A DNA stretch of 64,000 nucleotides from Planctomycetota bacterium (GCA_045047305.1 JASFYO010000002.1:107541-171540); one strand, 5' to 3'. Shown: positions 36,147 to 46,242, counted from the stretch's first letter. Notes: a model not told the origin generated them from the letters alone. Made by a program: numbers and translations.

Positions 36147-38836
36147 TGGACTGCGTAAATCAGTTCCACGTTATCTAGAGAAGCATCCACTGGCAAAGCA
36201 AGCGCGGTACGCACTAACAAGCCAGAAGCCATGACACCCGTTGGATTGCGCAAGCTACTCACGGCTTCGGAGTAAATCACTTCGTCGTTGAAGCGAACCG
36301 TAAGAATAGGTTGCTTGGGTTCCCGATTCACATGGAAGGAGATGCGTGCCGTCTCGCCCTCCGCAAGCCGATAGGCCGTTTGACCATTTTCAGGGCGCGT
36401 GCCGCGCATCATGCTCCACCCGATTGCGCCTTCACGATCACGGATGACGCGGAAAGACCAGGTTTCTTTATTTCGGTTCTGCAATGCAATATAGGCAGCG
36501 GCGTCGCCACGATGCCCATTCTCGATATGCAGATCTGCAACAAAATCACGGAAGGCCAAGCCTGGAACCGTGTAGTAAGCGCTAGTTTCGGCAGCTCCGG
36601 AATGCTCCCCTTGAATCAATAAAGACTGATTCTCTAAACGCGGCTCCACTCCGGCACGGGCACCAGTCTGTGTATCCCAGCCTGGCCGCAAACGTCGTCC
36701 ATCAAAAGAATCTACCCAGCGACGCATTTTGGCATGACTTAAAACACGGTCCTGCCAAGTTGCCGCATAGATGAACTGCAAGTCATCTTCACTCTCGCGC
36801 AGAGTATCTTGCAGATATGCAAACTCAGCAACGGCTGCATCTAAATCACCTTCTTGGTAAAGCACCATACCCTTGGCGTTTCGCGCAGCATTAAGGCTGG
36901 GATCCATAGACAAAGCCTGGTCGAATGCAGACATCGCGTCTTCAAGAAGATTCCGATGAAGTAAATTCAAACCATGACGCATCACCACTCCAGCCCACGC
37001 GGGAGCATCATTGGTATTGCGAACCCAATCCGGGAAGGCCTCTTCCAAGCTACGGAAAGCGACTTCAGCACGCCCGTAGGATGCTTCGGTGTAAAGCAAG
37101 TCTGCGAACTCAGCAAGAATTCCGGCGCAAACTGGAGCAGTACGCACCAAGTCTTGCAGGCCAAGCCGGGCGCCTTCTAAATCGCCATCGCGTGCAGCCC
37201 AATGCACTTGCAGATAGCGGCTGTAGAGGTGACGTGGAGAAAGTTCAAGCGCGCTTGCCAATGCTTCTTGGGCCGCATCCGTCTCACCGATACGATCCAA
37301 CCAAAAAGCCTGTGCGGAAAGAGCAGGTGCAGCATCGAATGGAGTCGCGGCTGCAGAGGCACGTAAATCGCGAATAACCTCACCGGCAGCTCCACCATCC
37401 GCTGCTTCTGCGATACCGCGTAGGTAAAGCAAACCAGCATTCGCGCCGAAGTTGTCGATGGCAGTCCCTGCAAGCGCCCGCGCTCCAGAGAAGTCACCAG
37501 ACAAGTAGGTCGAGGCAATCAATCCGGACTGTGCCCGCATTGCAGCGACTTTATTATTGCCTGCAGCACGTTCTGCATTAAGGAAAGCCTGGTTCGCTTC
37601 ACTCCAATTCCCAGAGCGCATGGAAGCTTCACCTAAGGCAACGGCATTGCGTAGGGCGCTCTTAGAATTGCGTTGGCCTTGCATCCCCATGGCGCGCGTA
37701 AGAAGCTGACGGCCCTCCTCCACTCGACCGAGGTCAAGCATTAAGAGGCCTAACTCCATCGGAGCATTCGCATCCCCGGATGCGAGGTCGACCGCTGCAC
37801 GAAACTGGACCTCAGAATCCGCATCCAAGCCGATGCGACGTAGGATGACACCCATACGTACCCGCGGTCCTGCAGAACGCGCAAAGCGTCCTTTCTCAAC
37901 GGTTAATCCGAAGTCCGGCAAGGTCTCGCCTAGATTCTCACCTGCGAGCATCGCGTAGAGGGCAAACGCGCGGTCGAGGTCAAATGTCCGTTCCCAAACC
38001 TCACCGAGCAACATCCAATTGGTGACATCGTCGGGGGCAAGACGCACGGCATCGCGCGCAAGCTCATCCGCGTATCCAAAAGCAATCGGCTCGGCTAGAC
38101 CTTGATCCAACAGCCAATGCACAAACACACCAAGGTCTTGTACACGGGCGGCAGACATACGCGTCCGCTGATCACGCACGCCAAGTTCAATCTGATTGTG
38201 CAAGGTATCGGCGAATCCGAATCCTTCGTATTCCTCGGCATCGAACTCAAGCTCAGCGCGTTCCCGGCCAGTGTAAGGGTCTACCTGCTTAAAGCGCAGG
38301 GTGTCGCCCTTGACGTAATCAAAACGACCATCGCCCAGGAGGTAACCGTAAAAGGTTGCCAACGGATTCAGCCGAACCCAATCGTAAACCTTGCGGTACT
38401 GATCGTCTTGATCAGAAAAAGTGTCGGCAACCGATTGATCCAAGCCAAGCAGGTCGGTTCCATTGGAGCCTGCGTCCACCAAATCATCTAATCCACCGAG
38501 AATGGTTGGATTTGCGGCAAAGAGGTGTTCACTCCAATAAGAGGCCCCGCTGTCTGGGATTGGCGGTGGCATCAACACACCGAGAGGAGCCAAACTTGGG
38601 TCCGGCAGCTGCAGCGCATCGAGTGGCTCATCGGCGCTTGGTCGACGCAACAGATCACGCCGCGAGCCTTGCGCCGGAAGGGCCACAACTGGATTGGAAA
38701 GTGGCATTTGGAAGGCTTCTAAAGCTTTTCCGCCAGAGACACGTGGCGCACGTGGCGCCTCCTGTTGCATGAGGTTGTAAGTCATCAAGCTCAAGATGAG
38801 CAGAACAACAACCAGAATGATGGGTTCACGCTTCAT
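36143..38836 (-). CDS. Membrane-anchored multi-TPR protein (897 aa) with a C-terminal beta-sandwich
   Basis: N-terminal TM, Pro-rich linker, many TPR-like units (e.g. AMSAFDQALSMDP..ARNAKGMVLYQEGD), beta-rich C-terminus. Confidence 0.75.
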   Translation of the reverse strand: MKREPIILVVVLLILSLMTYNLMQQEAPRAPRVSGGKALEAFQMPLSNPVVALPAQGSRRDLLRRPSADEPLDALQLPDPSLAPLGVLMPPPIPDSGASYWSEHLFAANPTILGGLDDLVDAGSNGTDLLGLDQSVADTFSDQDDQYRKVYDWVRLNPLATFYGYLLGDGRFDYVKGDTLRFKQVDPYTGRERAELEFDAEEYEGFGFADTLHNQIELGVRDQRTRMSAARVQDLGVFVHWLLDQGLAEPIAFGYADELARDAVRLAPDDVTNWMLLGEVWERTFDLDRAFALYAMLAGENLGETLPDFGLTVEKGRFARSAGPRVRMGVILRRIGLDADSEVQFRAAVDLASGDANAPMELGLLMLDLGRVEEGRQLLTRAMGMQGQRNSKSALRNAVALGEASMRSGNWSEANQAFLNAERAAGNNKVAAMRAQSGLIASTYLSGDFSGARALAGTAIDNFGANAGLLYLRGIAEAADGGAAGEVIRDLRASAAATPFDAAPALSAQAFWLDRIGETDAAQEALASALELSPRHLYSRYLQVHWAARDGDLEGARLGLQDLVRTAPVCAGILAEFADLLYTEASYGRAEVAFRSLEEAFPDWVRNTNDAPAWAGVVMRHGLNLLHRNLLEDAMSAFDQALSMDPSLNAARNAKGMVLYQEGDLDAAVAEFAYLQDTLRESEDDLQFIYAATWQDRVLSHAKMRRWVDSFDGRRLRPGWDTQTGARAGVEPRLENQSLLIQGEHSGAAETSAYYTVPGLAFRDFVADLHIENGHRGDAAAYIALQNRNKETWSFRVIRDREGAIGWSMMRGTRPENGQTAYRLAEGETARISFHVNREPKQPILTVRFNDEVIYSEAVSSLRNPTGVMASGLLVRTALALPVDASLDNVELIYAVQ

Positions 38837-39615
38837 TGGAGATCCTCCCCGACAGCAATCTGCGGCATGACGCCAACCCCGAATTCCAACACGATGCGTT
38901 GTTCCATACGTTTTGCGTTACGTGGCAAGACCTCAAATGCAGTCAGCCCTAGTGGATTTCCACTTGCTTGTTCCGCAGCTAACTTACGCAAAAAAGGAGT
39001 TGCGCTCACTCGTTTGAAGACAATCTCCATGGTTACAGGAGTGATGTCTAGTGGCGATGCATGGCGCCCACTACGACGCCTTCTCTTTTGTGAAATTCGG
39101 ATTTTATCGACCTTGGAGGCTCCGTGATCCACCGCCATGTGAACCACACGATCCACCACGTCGAGGCCATGAAGAATGCGTTCGATCTGTTGTGGTTGCG
39201 AAGGCGAAACCGGAGGTAGACCTAAGGAGTCATCCACTTCACAGTTGTGACGCAAGGACCATCCAATGATTTCGTCGCGCAGTTCCCCTGTCAGCGAAAT
39301 GTAATGCTGAGCAGCTGGGGTTCCATTTGGAATCCGAAACCGTTCTCGAAACGGTGGCAGAGACATGCGTCCGAGCTCAGCGTTGCGTTCCTGCAAGGAC
39401 GCTAGGCGCTTCTCCAAGGTGGCCACTTGAGCCGCTCCGTACATACTGCTCGAGTTCATCTTGCGCCGCGTGCTCGAGATGGAACTTGAGCTGCGCCGAA
39501 AATCCTCTTTCGACCCACTGCTGGTGAAGGCAAGCAGGATGAAGAACGCCACCACTCCGCCGGCAAGGCCAAGAATGAAGCGACGGTGGGTTTGCCAGAA
39601 TGCGTCGAAATTCAC
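38833..39615 (-). CDS. PilO/GspM-like inner membrane alignment protein
   Basis: N-terminal TM, coiled coil, and a C-terminal ferredoxin-like pattern (ITPVTMEIVF..ATPFLRKL). Follows the pilM/N gene. Confidence 0.6.
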   Translation of the reverse strand: MNFDAFWQTHRRFILGLAGGVVAFFILLAFTSSGSKEDFRRSSSSISSTRRKMNSSSMYGAAQVATLEKRLASLQERNAELGRMSLPPFRERFRIPNGTPAAQHYISLTGELRDEIIGWSLRHNCEVDDSLGLPPVSPSQPQQIERILHGLDVVDRVVHMAVDHGASKVDKIRISQKRRRRSGRHASPLDITPVTMEIVFKRVSATPFLRKLAAEQASGNPLGLTAFEVLPRNAKRMEQRIVLEFGVGVMPQIAVGEDLQ

Positions 39616-41273
39616 TGATTATCCTCCGCGTCGAATTCTTCCCCTTCAGGCTCAGGCTCATTCATTAACTGGGTCCGAAAACTCCACTCAAAACTTTTTC
39701 CTCGTGGATTCGAACTCGGTTGCATGTCGCGGTCAGCATCGGCTAAGAGAGCGCCCATGCCACCGGCGAAAACACCAAAAGCCTGACTTGCGGCGCGCAC
39801 GTCGTCTTCTGCGCGTCCGGCAACTTCAAACACTGGGATTCGGCGCCCCTCGTGTCCGAACTCCTTACCGTCGGCTAGGTCCACCCGAATCGATTCAACC
39901 CACAAACTTTCTGGCAGAGAACGTTCCATGTACTGCAACAGGGCGTTGGTGCCAAATGAAATCGCAAAGCGCGATTCCAAGTCGTTATACAACAGGCTTT
40001 CCAAACGCACTTGCTCTAACAATTCGTTCGCGCGGGTGTTGCTACTTTCGATGCGTTTCTTACTAGCTTGCATCGCCTTCGATGATTTGCCTGCATCCTC
40101 AGCCAAACCGCCCATGATGATGAAATTTACCACCACAAAAGCAACCGCTGCCATCCCCATCAAGATGTTGAAGATTGTGCGCTCGGAGAACTCTTTCTTC
40201 GCGCGCGCCGCAGCGGTGAGAATTTCCAAGGCATAGAGCTCAGAATCTGCTGCACCGAGCCCCAAACCCAGGGCCACAGTGGCACCAGGTCCGTCAGCTT
40301 CCAACTGCTCGATTTCGTCTTCTGGCAAAGATTCCACGTCGACCATTTCGACAGGATTCCACACCTGAACAGGAACCCGCATGCGAGCTTCCAGGAATTC
40401 ACTAAGACCGTTGGTATTAGCGCCACCTCCGGTGAGCAAAACGCGGTCCAAAGTCAACTCACTCAAGCGCGCTTGCGCCTTGCATAAGGTCACCACTCCG
40501 CCTAGCAGAGTCGGCAAGCTCTCATACATTGGCATAAGAGGCCGGGTAACACGCTCGGCATCGCTACTAAGACGTTCGCCGAGAGCGAGACGCAAATCCA
40601 AGTGCTTATGGATCAAACTGCGCGCACGTTCGCTATCAATCTTTAGTTGACCGGCAAGAGTGCTGTCGCGTTTTTCTAAGCTAGTCGATACAGAGCGCGC
40701 AAAATAAAGCTCGGTGCCATGGACCAACGCCAAATCCAAAGTCCCTGCGCCAATGCTAGCAATCAAAGTAGTCGATGCCTCGTGATCGCCGAGCACTAGG
40801 TATGCGTTGTAGAGGGCAACCGCATTCGGAGTGAATGCTTTGACACTCAAGCCACCAAGATCGTTCATCGTGGACTCCAGCAAATCCTCGCGCACCAAGC
40901 TGAGTAGCATGGTGTCCTCGTCGTCGAGGCCTTTTGGCACCGGCAAGAGGTTGTAGGAAGATGCCAAACTGGAACCCGACCGCGATTCCACCTCGCGAAT
41001 TTCAAACTCCATCAGGCGCTCAAGTCGCCAATCCTCCACCGGAGGCACAGGCAAGTAACGCATCATCAAGTCCGAGCCAGTCAAACCAAGCTCGACTTGC
41101 CCTAACTTCTTCGCAGCACCAACAAGCACGGCACGGGCGGCTTCAACAGGAGATTCCTTGCCCTCTGGCGCCGCTGCCATGTAACGAGTTAAACGATGAT
41201 GGCCTTTACTTGCTTCGAAAGCAGCTAAACGCACCAAGGAGGTACCAAGGTCAATTCCACATCCTTTGGCCAT
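39612..41273 (-). CDS. pilM: PilM-PilN fusion (actin-like PilM domain + TM + PilN-like domain)
   Basis: GIDLGTSLVRL, IGAGT, VLLTGGGA, VALGLGL, then a TM, a coiled coil and LPESLWVESI. Confidence 0.8.
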   Translation of the reverse strand: MAKGCGIDLGTSLVRLAAFEASKGHHRLTRYMAAAPEGKESPVEAARAVLVGAAKKLGQVELGLTGSDLMMRYLPVPPVEDWRLERLMEFEIREVESRSGSSLASSYNLLPVPKGLDDEDTMLLSLVREDLLESTMNDLGGLSVKAFTPNAVALYNAYLVLGDHEASTTLIASIGAGTLDLALVHGTELYFARSVSTSLEKRDSTLAGQLKIDSERARSLIHKHLDLRLALGERLSSDAERVTRPLMPMYESLPTLLGGVVTLCKAQARLSELTLDRVLLTGGGANTNGLSEFLEARMRVPVQVWNPVEMVDVESLPEDEIEQLEADGPGATVALGLGLGAADSELYALEILTAAARAKKEFSERTIFNILMGMAAVAFVVVNFIIMGGLAEDAGKSSKAMQASKKRIESSNTRANELLEQVRLESLLYNDLESRFAISFGTNALLQYMERSLPESLWVESIRVDLADGKEFGHEGRRIPVFEVAGRAEDDVRAASQAFGVFAGGMGALLADADRDMQPSSNPRGKSFEWSFRTQLMNEPEPEGEEFDAEDNQ

Positions 41274-43021
41274 TAGTTTGCCTCCTGTTGAATCCAGCCC
41301 GAAAGCACTGGATAAGTACTCGCGAGTGCGTTTTTCACCCGGCTGCGATAATTCTTCGCCTTTTCCGCTTCCGCCGCGCGGAGTTCATCAAGGCTGGATT
41401 CTAATAGGCCAGATAACTCCAACGATTGACCTTCGATATTCGTTCCTGGAAAGCGGGAAGCTAGTTCCAAAACCTGTTGATTCAATCCATCGAGTTGGCC
41501 GATGGCGCCGACAAACAAAGCACCAGAAGCACGTAGTTGCAAGTTTGAGAATTCGGCACGCCCACTTTCAATCGCGTTGCGCGAAAGCACCAGTGCCTCT
41601 TGCACCTTGAGGTCGTCGAGCGGAAGTTCGCGCAATAAACGAGCAGTGGAGTTCAGCAACAAGCGCACATCGCCGGAGCGAGCGGCACGACTGATTTCTT
41701 GGGTCAAGCGAGCGGCATCGGTGATGACTTCACGTAAATCCCAAAGCAACTCCAACGAGCTGTCAACGGCCAACCGAGCTTCCACTTGTCCACCAATCAC
41801 CGTGCTTGGTTTTGCGGGGCGTAAAAGGAAGCGGCTAGCCCCTCCTCCAATCAACAAACCTGGGCTGTTGTCGACGCGAACACCACGTGCATTCCCAACA
41901 GGACCACCGTCTCCAAGGATGAGAAATGCACCGGCTTCATTCAGGGTGTCGGTGGCGGCAACTGCCAACTCGGCCTTGCCAGAAGCGGTAAAGGTCATGC
42001 CATTGGCGCTGGGCGCCCATGAGCCACCCTGGCCGTGTATCACCAATAAATCGCCCAAAGGTCCGGTTAGAAACAGGTTGGCGCCACTGCTAATAGCGCT
42101 ACCCGAAGGGGTCGACACTTTGCTCGGAGCACCCTCGGCAGCTTCTACTGTCAAAGCGGAGAGCGAACCACTACCCTCCAAAACCAAGCTTAGCTGAAAC
42201 CATTTGGCCTCAGCAGGAAGGGCCAAAGTAGAGGTTCCAGAGGACAGGTCCTGCGCCTCCCACCGTCCGATGACAACTTCTTGGTCTTCATCTTCACCCC
42301 AACTGATGACCGGACGAACGGAAAGATCACTGACGCTGGCTGAAATCGTTAGCGCACCGTCTTGCATTGGAAAGGAACGCGACAATCGGATTTCATTACG
42401 CCCTGAGGCATTTTGAACCCTTCCATCGGCCAGGGTCACACCTTTCGGCAGGGCCCAGGCTTCGGCCTCGTCAAAGGTGCCGTAATTTCCGATAGCGTCG
42501 AGACTTGCTACTGCGGAACCACCTTCCGAAGAACCGCGGCCCGGCTGATCGACTTCGGCATCGCTGCCGCCAAGAGTCCACCATGCAGCACCTCCTCCAG
42601 CGAGAATGAGAACAGCACCTAGAACCATAGTCAGCGGGCCACCTTTCTTTTTACCAGACATCGCTGCCTCGCGAGCGCGGCGGTGGACGTCGTCGTCGGC
42701 GGCATCTCCAGCAGAGGAAATCGAGGCGGAGGATGTATCTAGGTAACGCAAAGAGCAATCACCGAGGCGCATCTCGCTACCTGGAAACCACTCTCCGTCA
42801 TTCACTTGGACGCCGCCGGCCCAAGTGCCATTAGTCGAACCCAAATCGCGGAAGCGGAGTGTGCCGCCTGCGTCAATTTGGAGTTCAAGATGTCGGCCCG
42901 ACACGGAATCCAACGCCAAAACCAAATCGTTGGTCTTGGCGCGGCCGATGCTGTGTGTGCCCGGGCCGAGGTCTAGGACCTTACCCGTGTCGGGACCACT
43001 TAGGATCTCAATTTGAACCAT
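41273..43021 (-). CDS. FHA-domain single-pass membrane protein
   Basis: IGR..NDLVL..SVSGRH..DLGSTNGTW, TM LTMVLGAVLILAGGGAAWW, large C-terminal region. Start re-set to MVQIEIL. Confidence 0.85.
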   Translation of the reverse strand: MVQIEILSGPDTGKVLDLGPGTHSIGRAKTNDLVLALDSVSGRHLELQIDAGGTLRFRDLGSTNGTWAGGVQVNDGEWFPGSEMRLGDCSLRYLDTSSASISSAGDAADDDVHRRAREAAMSGKKKGGPLTMVLGAVLILAGGGAAWWTLGGSDAEVDQPGRGSSEGGSAVASLDAIGNYGTFDEAEAWALPKGVTLADGRVQNASGRNEIRLSRSFPMQDGALTISASVSDLSVRPVISWGEDEDQEVVIGRWEAQDLSSGTSTLALPAEAKWFQLSLVLEGSGSLSALTVEAAEGAPSKVSTPSGSAISSGANLFLTGPLGDLLVIHGQGGSWAPSANGMTFTASGKAELAVAATDTLNEAGAFLILGDGGPVGNARGVRVDNSPGLLIGGGASRFLLRPAKPSTVIGGQVEARLAVDSSLELLWDLREVITDAARLTQEISRAARSGDVRLLLNSTARLLRELPLDDLKVQEALVLSRNAIESGRAEFSNLQLRASGALFVGAIGQLDGLNQQVLELASRFPGTNIEGQSLELSGLLESSLDELRAAEAEKAKNYRSRVKNALASTYPVLSGWIQQEAN

Positions 43022-43150
43022 ACGTGGGATGTTAGAGCGCCGCATGAGGAACCCAGCGGGCAGGTGGAAGTCTAAGCCCGCCCTTACGTTGCGGGCAAAC
43101 CTCGTATGCCATCCTATCTCCACCTGCCGCTCCAGTAACCTTGACCGAGC

Positions 43151-43873
43151 ATGCGTTTCTTCTTCCTGACCACCTCGCCCGAAAGCGCCCATGGACCCTG
43201 GCGGCCAGAGGCAGAATTAGCCCGCCACTTGAAGGCTCTTCGTTTTCAGCCGGGTGAGGAGCTATTACTGCTCCCAGCACGAGGCGATGCCTACCATGCA
43301 ACCTTCCACAGTGTGGACCATTTAGAACTGCTCGGGCGCACCGAGCGCCCCCAGCTTCCGCTGCTAAAGGTGACCCTTGCCACCGCCTGGCCCAAGGGCT
43401 CTCGCGGCGATGAGCTGCTTCGCCGATCCACCGAAAACGGAGTAACCCACCTACTACCATTGGCTTGCGCACGCAGCGTAGTCGGGCGCGGCGAATTTAG
43501 TCCGTCGCGCCTGGCACGCTGGAACAAAATTGCCCAAGAAGTCTGTCAGCAAACCCGGCGCCCAGTGCTGCCTCGTATGGACCTCCAACCGACCCAGCTA
43601 AAGGACCTGCGTGCGGCCTTCCCCGATGCCCACCCCATTGCTTTGTTCCCTGGGACTTGGCCGCTTGGCATGGAGCTCGACCTCCATCGCCCCACCCATA
43701 TTCTCTTGGTCGTGGGCCCCGAAGGTGGATTCACGGATGAGGAAGAAGCCTTGATGCGCGATCAGAAATACAGCTTTGCTGGCTTATCTCCAACCATTTT
43801 ACGCATCGAGGCAGCTGGCCCCCTGGCGATTGGTCTATGTCAGCACCACTATTTAATGCGCCAGGGGCACTAA
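43151..43873 (+). CDS. rsmE: 16S rRNA m3U1498 methyltransferase RsmE
   Basis: HLKALR, STENGV, RWNKIAQEVCQQTRR, VGPEGGFT, ILRIEAA. Confidence 0.92.
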   Translation: MRFFFLTTSPESAHGPWRPEAELARHLKALRFQPGEELLLLPARGDAYHATFHSVDHLELLGRTERPQLPLLKVTLATAWPKGSRGDELLRRSTENGVTHLLPLACARSVVGRGEFSPSRLARWNKIAQEVCQQTRRPVLPRMDLQPTQLKDLRAAFPDAHPIALFPGTWPLGMELDLHRPTHILLVVGPEGGFTDEEEALMRDQKYSFAGLSPTILRIEAAGPLAIGLCQHHYLMRQGH

Positions 43874-43890
43874 AAAGCAGCCGGCCGCCC

Positions 43891-45585
43891 CTAATCCTGG
43901 GCCGCAACCCGCATATAGAAGTTGCGATCAAGCTCGAAGGACTTCAGCGCGGACTTCAGCGCAATCTCTTTTGGAGTCTCGGAAACAAGGACACGCTGCT
44001 CTTTGCCGTTGATGTGCAAAAGAACCGGCACGCTGAATCCCGGCACCACGTCCTCGAACCAAACTGATAAGGACTTCCCTTTAACCGCGTATTTGAGCAG
44101 TGGAAGGCCTGCCGTGCGCAAGTACTGATCAAACACTCGACTGAAATCGAAACCTGACACACGACTGATGTAAGCCTCGACCTGAGCTGTGGTCACAGTC
44201 TGATGCCAAAACTCCTTTTGCAGGCCAAGCAAAACGGCATGCCACTTTTCGTCGTCGTTCAAAATATGCCGCATGGTGTGCAGCATGTTGGCGCCTTTGG
44301 GGTACATGTCTCCCGCACCCGAGTTATTCAGGCCATATTTCCCAATGATGGGCGCCCGGTTCGCAATTCCTTTGCGAATACCAACGATGTAATCTTGAGC
44401 CTCGGCTTTGCTGAAGTGATACTCCACATAGAGACTCTCCGCATAGGTCCCGAAACCCTCGTGAATCCACATATCTGCGCTGTCTTTCATCGAAATATTA
44501 TTGCCCCACCACTCGTGGGCAGATTCGTGAATGATGATGTAGTCAAATTTAAGACCGATTCCAGTACCGCTCAAATCGCGCCCGCGATATCCATTCTTGA
44601 ATCCGTTGCCATACGTCACCGAGCTCTGATGCTCCATACCCAAGTACGGCACCACCACTAACTTGTAACTGTCTTCATAAAAAGGGTATTTGCCAAACCA
44701 GTACTCGAAAGCCTCAAGGGTGAGCGGCACTTGCTGGAATTGCTTTCGCGCTTTTTCCTCCTGCCCCTTCAGCACCCAGTAGTCGAGGTCCAACTTCCCA
44801 AACTCGCCCTCGTACACACCCGGCATTTCCACATAGTTGCCAATGTTCACATTCACCCCGTAGTTGTTAATCGGGTTCAGCACTTGCCAGTGGAAAGTAC
44901 TGGTCTTCGCAGCAGAATTCTCCGAACGATCCTTTAAGCGGCCATTCGATACCGCTGTTAAACCCTGCGGAACGGTAATCCGCATGTCCATACCGCGATT
45001 GGGCTCATCCGCGCCATGGTCCTTATTCGGCCACCAAATGCTCGCACCAATCCCTTGGCAAGTCGTAGCGATGAAAGGATTTCCATCTTCATCTTTATTC
45101 CAGGTGAAACCACCACTCCACGGTGGATTTTTACTTTCAACCGGAGTGCCCTCATAGAAGATCTGAACTTGATCCTCCACCGCTGGCACCAGGGCTTGCG
45201 GGAACTGAATCCAATAAACATTGCCCTCACGTTCGAAGTCCAAGTCTGCGTCGCCGTGAACCACCCGTGTAATGACCAAAGGCGGCTGTAAATCCACCTG
45301 CATCCGATCGCCTGCCGCTACGGTACGAAAGGAAATGATGTTTGACCCCTTAATGCTTTTCGTCTTAGGAAAAACTTGCAGGGTGAGGTCGTAATGCTGC
45401 ACATCCCACCACGCGCGCTCAGGTGTTATGGAGCCGCGCAGTTGGTCCTGACGGTTGAATCCTTCTGGGATGGCACTGTCCTGGGAAGCGGAATCTTCTT
45501 GCGCTGCACTTTGAACGGACGATGCTAAGAATACCGACAACGTGAACACTACAAACAGAAGCGACTTGGTGATGCGATGTTGCAT
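43891..45585 (-). CDS. Secreted M1-family zinc aminopeptidase
   Basis: Signal peptide, YLGMEHQS, HESAHEWWGN...WIHEGF, YPKGA. Confidence 0.93.
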   Translation of the reverse strand: MQHRITKSLLFVVFTLSVFLASSVQSAAQEDSASQDSAIPEGFNRQDQLRGSITPERAWWDVQHYDLTLQVFPKTKSIKGSNIISFRTVAAGDRMQVDLQPPLVITRVVHGDADLDFEREGNVYWIQFPQALVPAVEDQVQIFYEGTPVESKNPPWSGGFTWNKDEDGNPFIATTCQGIGASIWWPNKDHGADEPNRGMDMRITVPQGLTAVSNGRLKDRSENSAAKTSTFHWQVLNPINNYGVNVNIGNYVEMPGVYEGEFGKLDLDYWVLKGQEEKARKQFQQVPLTLEAFEYWFGKYPFYEDSYKLVVVPYLGMEHQSSVTYGNGFKNGYRGRDLSGTGIGLKFDYIIIHESAHEWWGNNISMKDSADMWIHEGFGTYAESLYVEYHFSKAEAQDYIVGIRKGIANRAPIIGKYGLNNSGAGDMYPKGANMLHTMRHILNDDEKWHAVLLGLQKEFWHQTVTTAQVEAYISRVSGFDFSRVFDQYLRTAGLPLLKYAVKGKSLSVWFEDVVPGFSVPVLLHINGKEQRVLVSETPKEIALKSALKSFELDRNFYMRVAAQD

Positions 45586-45639
45586 GTATCCAGGATAACG
45601 TATCTTGGATTCTTAAGGTTTCCCGGAATCGTCCCTGAT

Positions 45640-46242
45640 TTACAACCATCCCTCTTCCAAAAACGAAAGGAAACTACCTGCGCCAATCACCACATGGTCC
45701 AATAACTCAATACCAAGCAAACGCCCTGCGCGCTGCAGACGACGTGTTGTGGTGCGATCATCCGCGCTTGGTTGAGGGTCCCCTGAGGGATGATTATGTG
45801 CCACTAGAATTGCTGCCGCACGGCGACTTAGAGCTGGAGCGAAGACTTCCCGTGGATGCACCAGGGAAGAGCTTAAGGTTCCGCGACTGATCTCTGCCTC
45901 GAAGAGAAGGCGGCCCTTACTGTCCAGGTAAAGCGCATAAAACACTTCACAGGGAAGGTGCGCGAGCTTGGGAGCCAAATAGCGGAAGACATCTTCGCCA
46001 CCGCAAATCGGCGGCTCCAAAACAGCAGCATCAAGTACGGCGCGGCGCCCCAGTTCCATCGCGGCAGCCAAACGCTGGGCCGAAGCCGGCTCCAAGGTAT
46101 GCCGTGCAGCTAAATCGGCTGGTTCCATTCCAGTAAAAGCAGCCAAGGAAACTTCTTGCTCCAGCTTTACGCCGAAAGAAGCTAAGAGTTCGCTCTCATT
46201 CCAAGTAGAAACAGGGCGCGTACAAAACGAGGAAGTATTCAT
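45640..46242 (-). CDS. radC: RadC/UPF0758 JAB-domain protein
   Basis: AMELGRR, EVFYALYLD, GTLSSSLVHPREVF, HNHPSGDPQPSADD, LLDHVVIG. Confidence 0.93.
   Translation of the reverse strand: MNTSSFCTRPVSTWNESELLASFGVKLEQEVSLAAFTGMEPADLAARHTLEPASAQRLAAAMELGRRAVLDAAVLEPPICGGEDVFRYLAPKLAHLPCEVFYALYLDSKGRLLFEAEISRGTLSSSLVHPREVFAPALSRRAAAILVAHNHPSGDPQPSADDRTTTRRLQRAGRLLGIELLDHVVIGAGSFLSFLEEGWL

Noticed and set aside
43022..43192. N-terminal extension of the FHA protein
   Set aside because: It would overlap the divergent rsmE. The FHA domain begins right at the ATG at 43021.
45640..46242. radC as a marker of a mobile element
   Set aside because: It has the N-terminal extension of the chromosomal type, and there are no integrase, transposase or flanking repeats.
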